Assembly (NCBI RefSeq): GCF_009914755.1
Contig: NC_060931.1
Length of the DNA stretch: 64,000 nt
Reading direction: 5' to 3' (one strand)
Source of the DNA: the human T2T-CHM13v2.0 reference genome, Homo sapiens
In this document: positions 15,170 to 27,950 of the stretch, in pieces
Layout: each line of letters begins with the position of its first letter
Numbering within the stretch: position 1 is the stretch's first letter
Made by a program: the position numbers and the translations under genes
The notes under the pieces: generated by a model
Seen by the model: the letters and a program-made list of their open reading frames with translations, nothing else
What the model was told of the DNA's origin: nothing
Database searches by the model: none

Positions 15170-15800
15170 ATTTTTATTGAATTATAATGTTCATACAGGA
15201 AAGTACACATATCACTAGTGTAGAACTCAGTGAATTTTTACAAATTGAACACATCTGTATAATTGGAGTCTACATTAAGAAATAGAAAACAAACAGCACC
15301 CCAGAAGTCTCCTGGTGCTATCTCATAAGTTGCTATATTCCAAAAATAAGCATTATCTGATTTTTAACAGCTAAAACTATTTTCACCTGTTCTTAGAATT
15401 AATATAAATGAAACCATACAGTACGTACTATTTTGTGTCTGGCTTCTTTTGTTCAACATAATGTTTAGGAGACTCATATTATTGGGGTAGTCATAGATCA
15501 TTCATTCGTAATGCTCTGTGATATTACTGTGTATAAATATACCCCCAGTTACTTATCCATTCTATTGCTGATGTGCATTTGGGTAATTTCCAGTGAGAAT
15601 TATTCCAAATAATTCTATAAATATATGTTCACTAAAAGGATATGTTTTTGGTGAACATATGTATACATCTCTGTGGTGTGTATCAGCAGTGGAATTGTTG
15701 AGTCATAGAGTATGCGTATGTTCGCTTTCAGTAGATATGCCAAACCGTTTTCCAAAGTGGTAAAACCAATTTCCACTTTGCCGTCAGTGTATGTGTGAAG
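15170..15800 (-). mobile_element. L1ME-like 3' fragment, flanked by L2 remnants
   Basis: CAGCACCCCAGAAG..., TTTTGTGTCTGGCTTCTTTTGTTCAACATAATG; L2 tail AGTGCTTAGTACATGGTAGGCACTCAA at ~15850. Confidence 0.65.
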
Positions 15801-16191
15801 GATTATATCTATTTTCTTCACAATTGTATCTTCTGTACTTGTCATAGTGCTTAGTACATGGTAGGCACTCAAGAAGTCTTAGATGAATCAACTCAATTGA
15901 TATGTCAACAGTGGCTAAATGACTATGGCCATTTCATTGATCTTTTCAAGCTTGTAAGGAGCCAAAACAACTTTATAGCCCAATTTACAATTTTGCCAGA
16001 ATCTTCCCCTAGATAATTAGTACCTTGAAAAAAAGACTTCCTCACTGAAGCTTTTTTTGTACTCAAATGGCTTACTCAATGGAATAAGCAGTATTCATTT
16101 GATAACATAATAGAACATACATATGTTAGCACAGTAAGGCATTTTAACCTCAAATCTCCTTCCTCCTCATTATACAGCTGAGGATACAGAG

Positions 16192-16397
16192 GGCTGGGCA
16201 CAGTGGCTCATGCCTGTAATCCTAGCACTTTGGGAGGCTGAGGTGGGTGGATCATTTGAGATCAGGAGTTTGAGACCAGCCTGGCCAACATGGTGAAACC
16301 CTGTCTCTACTAAAAATACAAAAACTAGCCGGGCATGGTGGTGAGCACCTGTAGTCTCAGCTACTCAGGAGACTGAGGCAGGAGAATTGCTTGACCC
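16192..16397 (+). mobile_element. AluS, 3'-truncated (no tail, no TSD)
   Basis: Runs from GGCTGGGCACAGTGG to GAATTGCTTGACCC, then switches abruptly to LTR sequence. Confidence 0.92.
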
Positions 16398-16617
16398 CAT
16401 GCTGTTGTTGTGATAGTGAGTGAGTTCTCACAAGATCTGATGGTTTAAAAGTGTGTACCACTTCCCCCTGGCTCTCTCTCTCTCTCTCTCCTACTGCCAT
16501 GTAAAGAAGGTGCTTCCCTTTGGCCTTCTGCCATGATAGTAAGTTTCCTGAGGCCTCCCAGTCATGCTTCCTGTTAAGCCTAAGTCTCAGGTAGTTCTTT
16601 ATAGCAGTGTGAGAACA
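16395..16617 (+). mobile_element. MSTA-like LTR, partial
   Basis: GTGAGTGAGTTCTCACAAGATCTGATGGTTTAAAAG...AAGTTTCCTGAGGCCTCCC...TCTTTATAGCAGTGTGAGAAC. Confidence 0.85.
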
Positions 16618-16620
16618 GCA

Positions 16621-17310
16621 GATTTAACACCAGGCAGATTTAACCCAGAGAAGACTACCTCAAGGCCTCTAATGATCAAACTCCTAAAGGTCAAAAATAA
16701 AGAAAGGATCCTACAAGCAACAAGAGAGAAGAAACAATATGCAATAGAGGTCCAATATGTCTGACAGCAGACTTTTCAGTGCTGTCTTGTAGCCCATTAT
16801 TTTTAATTGGTGACAACTTAACACTGATTCCATAAACAAACAAACATGGATAAATAAAACTAATAAAAACTCTACACTTTAACTTCTTCCCTTTGCTTTT
16901 TAACTTTTTGTTGTTTCTCTTTATGTCTTATTATACTGTCTATGTCTTGGAAAACTATTTTAGTTTATTATTTTTGATTAGTTCATCATTTAGTCTTTCT
17001 ACTGAAGTTTAGTAATTTACACACCACAGCTACAGTGTTATAATATTCTGTATTTTTCTGTGTGCTGACTATTACCAGTGAGTTTTGCACCTTCAGGAGA
17101 CAGTGGCATGACATATTTAAAGTGCTGAAGGAAAAAAAATTGGAAACTAGAGTAGTATATCCAGTGAAAATATCCTTTAAGCATTAAGGAGAAATAAAGA
17201 CCTTCTCAGACAAACAAAACCTGAGGGATTTCATCAATACCTGAACTATCCTACAAGGAATGCTGAAGAGACTTCTTCAGTGTGAAAGAAAAAGAAGTTA
17301 ATGAGTAAGA
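16621..17310 (+). mobile_element. L1M ORF1 fragment containing an inverted inter-ORF segment (16781-17096, minus)
   Basis: ORF 16564..16764 reads IKLLKVKNKERILQATREKKQ (L1 ORF1); ORF1 resumes at 17094 CAGGAGACAGTGGCATGACATATTTAAAGTGCTG. Confidence 0.75.
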
Positions 17311-18710
17311 AGATACAGAGAGAGAAATACATGAGGCAAAACTGATAAACTGCAACGAGATATAAATGAGATAAACTATTATCATTGGATATTTTAACAC
17401 GCTTTTATCAGAAAAAAATCCAGCAGGTAGAAAATCAGTGAGGACATAGATGAACTTAATCCATTTATTGGACTGCTTCATCCAACAGCAGCAGCTTATA
17501 CATTTTTCTCAAGCTTACATGAAAGATTCACCAATATAGACCAGATGGGGGGCCATAAAAAACACATTAACACATTTTTAAAAAATAGAAACCATAAAAT
17601 TCTGCTCTCAGACCACAATGCAATTAAATTAGAAATGAATAACAGAAAGATAGCTGAAAAATCCCAAAATGTTGAAGATTAAACAAAATACTTCCAACAC
17701 AAGTCATAGAAGAAATCTCAAGAGAACTTTAAAAATATTTCAAATTAAATGAAAATAAAAATATAACTTATCAAAATATGTGGGATGCAGTGAAAGGAGT
17801 GCTTAGAGGGAAATTTACAGCACTGAATGCATATTTTAGGGAAGACAAATTATCTAAAATGAATAATCTAACTTTCTGTCTTAGAAAACTAGAAAAGGAA
17901 GAGGAAATTAAATCCAAAGTAAGCAGAAGAAAAGAAATATTAGAAGTGAGGGCAGAAATCAATGAAATTGAAAATGGAAAATCAATAGAGAAAATCTACA
18001 CAACCAAAAGCTTATATTTAAAGAAGATATTTTAACAGTTCTGTACAATCTCTTCTAGAATATAGAAGCAGAGAAAATACTTCCCAACTCATTCTATGAT
18101 GCTAGCATTACCATAATATCAAAACCAGACAAACATATTATAAGAAAACTACAGACCAAATAGCTGTCATGAACATATATGCAAAAAATCTCAAAAAAAT
18201 AGAAAATTGAATTCAACAATGTATAAGAAAATTTATATACCACAACCAAGTGGGATTTATCACACATATCCATGGCTTATTAAACATTTGAAAATCAATT
18301 AATATGATTCATCACATCAACAAGCGAAAAAAACACGTGATCATATCAATAGATGCAGAAAAAGCATTTGACAAAATCCAACATTTATTTATGATAAAAA
18401 CTCTCAGTAAACTAGGAGGAGAGGTGAGCTTCCCCAACTTGATTAAGAATATCTACAGAACACCTCCAGCTAACATAATATTTAATGGTGAGAAACTCAG
18501 CCTTCCCACCAAAACCAGGAACAAAACAAGGATGCCCCTTCTCACCACTTCTTTCAACATTATACTGAAAATACTAGCTAATGCAATGAGACAATAAAAA
18601 GAAATAAAAAGTATACAGATTGGGATGGAAGAAATAAAATTGTCTTTATTCATAGATAACATTGTCATCTATGTAGGAAATCTGAAAAAATGGAAAAAAC
18701 ACTTGCCTGA

Positions 18711-19048
<338 letters not shown>

Positions 19049-19738
19049 TTATTTTGTGAATATTGACAGACTCATTCTAAGGCTTATATGGAAAGGCAAA
19101 AGATCTACAATAACCAACAAGATATTGAAGGAAAAGAACAAAATTGGAGGACTGACACTACCTTACTTCAGACTTACTATAAAGCTACAGTAATCAAGAC
19201 GACATAGTATTGGTGAAAAAAATGGACAAATAGGTCAATGGAACAAAGTAGAGATCCCAGAAATAGAACTACGTAAATATAGTTGACTAATCCTTGACAA
19301 AAGAATAAAAGCAATAAAATGAAGCAAAGATAGTATTTTCAAAAAATTATGCTGGAACAACTGGACATCCACATGGACAAAAATGAATCTAGACACAAAC
19401 CTTACACCCTTCATACAAATTAATTAAAAAATGTACCATAGACCTAAATACAAAATGAAAAAGTATAAAACTGCTAGACAATAATAACATAGGAGAAAAC
19501 CTAGGAGAATTAGGGTATGGTAATGAATTTTCAGATGCAACATTAAAGGTATTATCCATAAAGAAATAACTGATAAACTAGAATTTGTTAAAATTAAATA
19601 CTTCCTCTGATCTGTGAAAGAGAATTTCAAGAGAATGAGAAGACAAGTTACAGATGAGGAGATAGTTTTTTAAAACGATAAAGGGCTGTTATCCAAAATG
19701 TACAAAGAATTCTTAAAATTCAACAGTAAAAAACATAA

Positions 19739-20066
<328 letters not shown>

Positions 20067-21248
20067 AATGACTATTTTTAAAATGCCAAAATTAGATATC
20101 TGAATAGATAACTCACTAAAAAAGATATACAAATGCCAAATTGGCATATGAAAAAATATTTTGCAACATATATCATTTGGGAACTGCAAATTAAAAAAAC
20201 ACTGAGATACCACTACACATTATTAGAATGGGCAAAATCCAGAACACTGACAACACCAAATGCTGACAAGGATGTAGAACCACAGAAACTCCCATTCATT
20301 GCTGGTGGGATTGCAAAAATAGTACAACCACATTGGAAAACAGTTTGGCAGTTTCTTACAAAAGTAAACATACTTTTACCATAAAATCCATTAATCGCAC
20401 TCCTTAGTATTTACACAAATGAACTGAAAACTTTGTTAACGCAAAGAGCTGCACATGGATATTTATAGTAGCTTTAATCATAATAACCAAAACTTGGAAG
20501 CAACCAAGGGGTCCTCAGTAGGCAAGTGAATAAATAAGCTGGCACAATAAAAGTACTTCAGTACTTAGTGCTGAAAAGAAATGAGGTACGAAGCTATGAA
20601 AATATGTGGGGGAGACAAATGCATATTACTCAGTGAAAGAAGCCAATTAAAAAACGCTACATACTTTATGTTTCCAATTATATGCTAAAAAGGCAAAAGC
20701 ATGAATACAGTAAAAATATCAGTAGTTGCTAGGAGTTAGGTGGGACAGAGGGCTGAACAGGTAGCAAACAGAGGATTTTTAGGTAAGTGAAACTATTCCG
20801 TATGATACTAAAATTTTGGACACGTCATTATACATTTGCTAAAACCGATAGAATGTACAATACCAAGAGTGAATCCTCGTGTAAAGTGTGTCAATATAGT
20901 TTCAGCAGTTTCATTTATTGTAACAAATGTACCACTTTGGTGCAGGATGTTGATAGTAGGGGAGTTTTTTTGTTTTTTTGGTTTTTGTTTTGTTTTGTTT
21001 TGTGTGTGTGTGTAGGGGAAAGAGAATATAAGGGAACTATCTGTACTTTCCTCGTGATTTTGCTGTGAACCTAAAATTTCTCTTTAAAAAAATAAAGTTC
21101 ATTAATTTTTTAAAATGCAAACAAACAAAAACCCAGGGCTGAGCAGGTTGTCTACATTCCTTAATGATAGAGCAATGCCATACTGGACCTCCAGTGAATG
21201 GCTTATTTGGTGCCTCCTCATGGTATCTAGCCAGCCTTACACTAAGCC

Positions 21249-21428
21249 AGTGGGCCTCACTTTGAAGTGTCATCAGAATCACTTGAAGGTGTTGTTAAAG
21301 CATATTTTTTTCAGAATCATTTTCTGATTCAGTGTGTCTGGAGAGGGACCACAGAATTTGAGTATTTAACAAGTTCTTACTTGAGACTGAGGCTTCTGAT
21401 TTGGAAAGCACAGTTTGAGGACCACTGC
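21249..21428. mobile_element. MER5A-like hAT-Charlie element
   Basis: CATCAGAATCAC...TTTCTGATTCAGT...TTTGAGGACCACTG. Confidence 0.7.
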
Positions 21429-24178
21429 TCTAAGTAATAGGGGATGCATTCTTTTCAATCCTAGTCCCCTTGTCTATGGGCAATGTCCTTCCTCAGAAAA
21501 GATTTTAAGAACTCAGACTTCATATAAGCACATTGTACGCTACCTCTACATCGTTTTCCTGTGGTTTTAACTAAGTTTTTCTTCTTGTGGATTATGCCTC
21601 CCCCTTCAGTATTAGGTTCAGGATTCTTAGTCTTTATAAATAAAACCAAAGTCAAAATATAATGCAATTGAAATAGAATATGTTTCTCTTCTATTTCATT
21701 CTATTTCTATTTTCAATTGAAATAGAAAAATTCAGAATATATTTCTATTTCAATTGATATATTTTGCCTTTGGATTTATTTATTTCAGTTGATACTACAG
21801 AGAATCAATTTAACCACAGCCAATATGACAGTCCCTGTCACATAATAACTATATCATATAACCTATGGTAATAAATAATATGCATGATTCTTCTCCACAA
21901 ATAACACAGTTTAACCAAAATGAAGAAATGGAGGTAAAACAATGACTTTTATCAAGTCTTTGTGGCTCAGAGATGGGGTTAAGAATAGAATTTGAGAATA
22001 CTTTCTGCTTCTCTGATCTTATTGCTGACACATTTTATGGGCCATGTTCTGTGTCTCTAGAATTAAGCTAGATTTTGTGTAAGAGTAAACTGTTTACTCA
22101 CCATAGGTCATTGCCAGGGGCCATTAAATCTCAGGTCCCATTTGGAGTGGAAAAAGACAATTTATTCAAGAAAAAACAAATTAAATTATTATATCATGGC
22201 TAAAGTAAAGAGCTTGTTTACGCTCTGTCAAGGTTCATCAAGTTAAAAGAATATGTCAATATTGTTGCCTTTTTTGGCTGTGGCTTGGAAAATAATTTAC
22301 GAGCATTATTGAAAGAAGTTTAGGACCAAGAAAAAAGGAGTAAAACAATCATAATATAACTGCCTGACTCAACTAGCCCTAAAACCCTATTTGACATATG
22401 AGAACCATATCAAAGAGAAGATGAATCAATGAGACTTTCACAAAAACCTACTTTGTTTTATCCACATTGTTGAGATTTTTCTGTTTTATTAGACAATGAT
22501 TCTTTGTGTGAAGGACAGTGTGTATGCACTGTAACTTGTCATCTGTCTGAGTTTCAAAACCCTGCCTGGGATGCTGATTTTACCTCCTTAAAGGACTGAA
22601 TTACAGAATTAAGAAATACAATGGAGAAGTGGGAATGCCACACTGAGTTGAGATAATGATCCTGATAAAAAATTGGGAAAGCATGTTAAGAAAATAAGGG
22701 AAAATATCATCCACATGAAAAAGGCTTTTCAGATATCCCCGACACATGCTGTATTCCCTCTTCTAGCAAACCTTACCAACACCTAACCTTTCTATTGATT
22801 AATTCACAACTGCCTATTTAGCAGTCACCTATTACAAAGGGATCCCAGCCAACCAGGTCTCAGGAGTTGACTGCATGGCCCAGCATCGACAGGAAGGTGC
22901 AGCTGCGCCAGGGCCTTCTTGCCATGGCTTGTGGGACATTTCCCATGGTGGGAAGAATAAGACATCACACTTCTGGCCATCTTGCTATCTGAGGGTCTCA
23001 AAAGTAACAGCCCCAACTTCCTCACCTACTTGAGGATTCTATGCTTTGGAAAAACAAGAATAACATTCTTCCTTGTTAAGAGGGTATCAACCTATTATTA
23101 AAGAGCTGCACAGATGATACACAACATGGTCTACCCCTCCAAGAAATTCCAATCTAATTAAAGGAAAAAATGTTGCACCTAAAGCCTAGTGCAATTAAGA
23201 GCTCAATTATGTGGCTGAGGTAATATAGGCAATAGATGATATGGTCATCCAGTAATAATAATAACATTTCTATTTCCATTCCCACAGAGTTTGGTTGTTA
23301 TTCTAAGGTTTACATGTACTGTTGTAATAGCAACTGCTTACTAATCAAGCCTGGTTTAATCTTTATATAATAATGGGTTTTCCTATGGAAACAAACACAA
23401 AACAGGAAAGAAAAAAGCTAGATACTATTTCAAAATTATGAAATTATACTTTATTTCTCATATAGAAAAGAAAAAAGAAGCAAAGTTTTTTCATCTATAG
23501 ACACAAACTTTTAATGTTCCCAGTGTGCCTTCTTCCTTTTCCAATATAAAAAAGACACGAGTGAAGAATTAATATTCATATCAAATGAAGCCATTAATTG
23601 AGGATATAAAGTTTCTGAAGGCTATCAGGCAAATTTGCCAAGCATATAAAGAGTATACTGGTATAAAAATGGTTTATTACCTTTATACCAGGAAACTATG
23701 CTGAAAGAATCTTTAGCAACAAAGCCTCTATTTATACTTCTTCCAAATAGCCTCTTGTGATACCAAGAATAAAATATATTTCCACATATAGCAGGAAACA
23801 TTTTCCTGGAATTTTGCCATTGCCTTTTGGAATGATATTAAATATTTTATTTTCATTCAGATTCTCTTCCGGATTTTACTCCATAAAACCATCTTGGCAT
23901 GTAGAAGAAAAATATATGTCAAAGAAACTAGTAAATAAGGGAAGGATTAATCAGGTCATGATGATAGGAAACTATAATTTGTACTGTTCAAGTGCTGATG
24001 GCACAGATCACTCAAGGGGAGTAGTAACAGTGACTTGAGAAATGTGCCAGAAATGCTTCGAAATATAGTTCAGATAGACACTATAAAATCTTATGCATTT
24101 TCCAAAATTATATGTGGTTTATCATTTTCAAATAATGTAGCCAAGTTTACTTGTTTCATATTCTTCTTCCTTTATGTT

Positions 24179-24538
24179 TGCCTTAATCTATTCAGGCTGC
24201 TATAACAAAATACCATAAACTGGGTGGCTTATAAACAATAAACATTTATTTCTCACAGTTCTGGAGACTGGGAAGTCTAAGATAAAATCTGCACTAGCAG
24301 ATTTGATGTCTGGTGAAGGCCTGTTCCCCACGGATGGAAACTCTAGTTGTCCTCACATGACTGAAGGGAATAGCTAGCTCTCTGGAGTCTGTTTTATAAG
24401 TTCAGTAATCCCATTCATGAGGTTAGAGCCCTCATAACCTAATCACCTTCCATAGGCCCTATTTCCTAATATTATCACATTGGGGATTCGATTTTAATGT
24501 ATGAATTTTGGGGAGACACAGACATTTAGACCACACCA
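24179..24538 (-). mobile_element. MLT1A-like MaLR solo LTR
   Basis: GCTGCTATAACAAAATACCATAAACTGGGTGGCTTATAAACAA...TGAATTTTGGGGAGACACAGACATT. Confidence 0.88.
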
Positions 24539-25449
24539 GTATCATTATTATTTTTTAAGCTTTAATAAACTATTGAAGTGTAGGGAGAAAATTTGTATTC
24601 AATTTTGTCTCATTCAATATCTGTTTTTAAATGTGTATTTCATAATGTACATAAATTAATATGGTTATATAATTATAAATAAATGAATAAAAGATACACG
24701 GGGAGAGGTGCCCAAAATTCCTTTATTCTTGAGAAGAACTTGTTTAAAATAATTAGACACGACCTTAGGGAGCAACAACCCATCAGTTAACATCAATAAT
24801 AAAAGGAAAAAAACAGAATAAAGCAATAATATGAACATTTAGGATTGGATTAATATATTTTGTTGGCATTATAAAAAAACAGGAATGAAGCTGCATTTGT
24901 TTCTTTCGTAGAAGAAACAGACAAGCGGGTGAGCCCTGAAGTGATATACTGGTGATATACTGGTAAAGTAAGCAAGAACAGTAAAAGAATAAATGTGTAA
25001 AAATGTTTCTTATATCAATTTTTGTGTTACACAAATACATGAAATAAATGGGAAATGACAACATAGCCAAGAAAAGAAAGCTTAAGATGATTCAAAAAGA
25101 AAATAAATAAAGGCATGGTTACAGTAAAAGAAAAACTCCCTCTTGGAAAACTAACACAAGGCCAAAGCTTTTTATCTTTATTTAAAATTAAAAAGATCAG
25201 TCCAGAATATCCTCCAAAAGATACTTCGATATTTCACCTCAAATCTTCCTTTCTTTTGAACTCTTCCTTCTTTCCTCTGCTTCTCACTATCCTTCTCTGA
25301 GCCTACTTTCTGCAGCCAGGACTTGGAGAAGATAAACTCCCTATTCAAGTGGACATTTTCCCTCACTCAAATAGCTAATCTCAACTTAAGACACATAATA
25401 ATAACAGCAGTAAAAACTAATGATATGAGCTCTTACAAATGTTAACTCT

Positions 25450-25595
25450 TCTAAGGTAGACATAATTATCCCTTTTATAGATGAGGAAATTCAGGCATAT
25501 ATTGCTCAAAGTAATCAACTATTAAGTGGCAAGGCCAGGATTCAAATCCAGGTATCTGGCTTCAGTACCTATACTCTTCACTACTATGCACTACT
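25450..25595 (-). mobile_element. MIR
   Basis: CCCCTTTTATAGATGAGGAAA...GCCAGGATTCAAATCCAGG core. Confidence 0.75.
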
Positions 25596-25649
25596 ATCTA
25601 GTAATATGCCAAATAAAATACAAGTAAGGTTTCCATGAATTTCTCATTT

Positions 25650-25656
<7 letters not shown>

Positions 25657-25680
<24 letters not shown>

Positions 25681-25947
25681 GAGACAGTCTGGCTCTCTCT
25701 TCCAGGCTGGAGTGCAGTGGCGCGATCTCAGCTCACTGCAAGCTCCGCTTCCTGGGTTCACGCCATTCTCCGGAGTAGCTGGGACTACAGGCGCCCGCCA
25801 CCACGCCCGGCTAATGTTTTGTATTTTTTAGTAGAGACGGGGTTTCACCGTGTTAGCCAGGATGGTCTTGATCTCCTGACCTTGTGATCTGCCCGCCTCG
25901 GCCTCCCAAAGTGCTGGGATTACAGGCGCGAGCCACCGCGCCCGGCC
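25657..25947 (-). mobile_element. AluY with 13-nt internal deletion
   Basis: Y-diagnostic GCAAGCTCCGC/TTCACGCCATT; many CpGs intact; TSD TCATTTAAACTTT. Confidence 0.95.
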
Positions 25948-27004
25948 TCATTTAAACTTTGTGTGTGTGTTCTGATTCCTAAGATTCCAGCATTCTAGAG
26001 CCTTTATTTTGATCAAGTAATATTACCATAAATGGATTAAGCTTAACATATGGCCTCTGAAGTTAAGGGAGTGAAATAAGAGGAAAAGGGAACTATTCCA
26101 GTTACAAAGTTGTTATTTCTATGCAATCAGATGTAGGTGAAGAAGAAATTGCAAAGTTGGCAGTGCTTTTTCTCCTTTGCACATCTAAAGACTGCTCGGC
26201 AGTGTAACCACGAAGCAAAGCCTGGCACAGCTGTTCATTCTGTCTCATCATCTTTTATCTATGCAGTACTTTCCCCTTAGAGTGAGTATCTGAAATTCTG
26301 AAAGCCGCGTGCTTCATTTCCCATCATTCTACACCTATGCCAGGTTTCAAGATTGGCTTTGATGTGTATCTAAAGTGGCTTGGCACACTGCTGTCATCAT
26401 TCCCTGCATCTGTCCCACTCTGTGAAACTGTGATGTGATCATCACTGTCCCACGGGAGGAGACCAGCTGCATGTGGAACCCTAGCGATGTCCTTCTACAA
26501 CTCTGTGTGGTGCATGGGTCATGATGATGATTGCTGGAGGGTACAAAGTGAATGGGTTACAGTTACATGTTTTGAAATCATGTAGGAGTTAAGCAGCTAC
26601 CCTACCTCTAAGCTATAAACCTTCCACCCTAACGTTTTAGTTCTGGCTTTTTACTCTCACCAAGGATTGCAATGGCAGCCAAACTTAAAATCTCCAAGAT
26701 TCAAACGCTTTCTTTTTCTAGGATAAGGAAAAAGCCTAGCATAGTATTTATTTGTGTTCTAGATAATGCCTTTTGGTGAGTACTAACATAGTTGATGAGT
26801 CATTGTTCTCAGTTAATTTTTCATGGATTTATAAAGTATATTGTTTCTATTCAATTAATGTCTTGTTCCAAAGCTTGAGTGACCATTTTGAAATAAACCC
26901 TCAAATAGAAACTGTGCATTTAATCATTCACCAATCACTGCACATTCTAATGACATGGTTGTTATTAAAACCTCTAATAACATTAATAACAAAAACAAGC
27001 AGCT

Positions 27005-27137
27005 GCCAGGTGTGGTGGCTCACACCTGTAGTCTCAGCTACTGGAGAGGCTAAAGCAGGAAGATCACTTGAGCCTAGGAGTTTGAGGCCAGCTTGGACAA
27101 CATAGCAAGACACCTATCTCTAAAACAAAAATAAAAA
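27005..27137 (+). mobile_element. FLAM / Alu monomer
   Basis: Single monomer ending CAACATAGCAAGACACCTATCTCT plus A-rich tail. Confidence 0.85.
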
Positions 27138-27559
27138 CACCCTCCCCAAACAGCCAAACCCTATCCCGACTCTAGAATGTAAACAAGTGAAAAATCCTCA
27201 GAGTATACAGGGATCTATGCTTAACATTCTCCTGTTTTTCATAGGCTACATGATGATACTGTGAAAAAAAAAATCCTCGGTTTTTATGTCTTTTTTGGCT
27301 TTAATTTAGGTTTATTTGTTTCTTGAAGGACTTGATATCTGACCTCAGTGTAAGACATTCAAAGCTCTCAGAACTTCTCCCAAATTTTCTCTTTCAGATT
27401 TCATCTCAAGTATAAAGTAATGAAGTGAGAAGATTGATGTTGAAAGGGACCTTGGAGGGCATTTTAATATCTACCTTTTGAAATGAAAAACAAAATAAAA
27501 CAAGAGATTCTATAATAATTCAATGCCAACTGAATGCAATACACTCTTTCAGATGTTGC

Positions 27560-27950
27560 AAAGAAAGGTAAGCCCAAGGCTGATCTGTAGGGTTACATTC
27601 ACCAGCTCCCAGCCAAGGGGGAGCTCTGGCAGGAGGTCAATTGGGAGAAGGAAGGAAAGTGACAAAGTTATTACTCCCCTGGCCCCCTCGCTTTGCAGGT
27701 TCCTCTGACTGACCACAGCTCACTGCTTCTCTCCCTGTGTGCTCTCACCTTCCAGGCATCACCTCAACTCATCCCTCATTTTTGTTGGGCTTGGGGGTGG
27801 TGACAGCTTTGCTGTTGCTGGCCCTGGGCTTCTGTGCTCTGCCCTGTGCTTTCCCCATCCAGACTTTTATGATTAGTTTCCTTGTAAATAAGTCCTCCCT
27901 AACTTATTCTGAGCGTGCCTTCTGTTTCATTTTGGAATACTAACTAAAAT
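27560..27950 (+). mobile_element. LTR33-like ERVL LTR
   Basis: GGGGGTGGTGACAGCTTTGCTGTTGCTGGCCCTGGG and TGAGCGTGCCTTCTGTTTC motifs. Confidence 0.6.
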
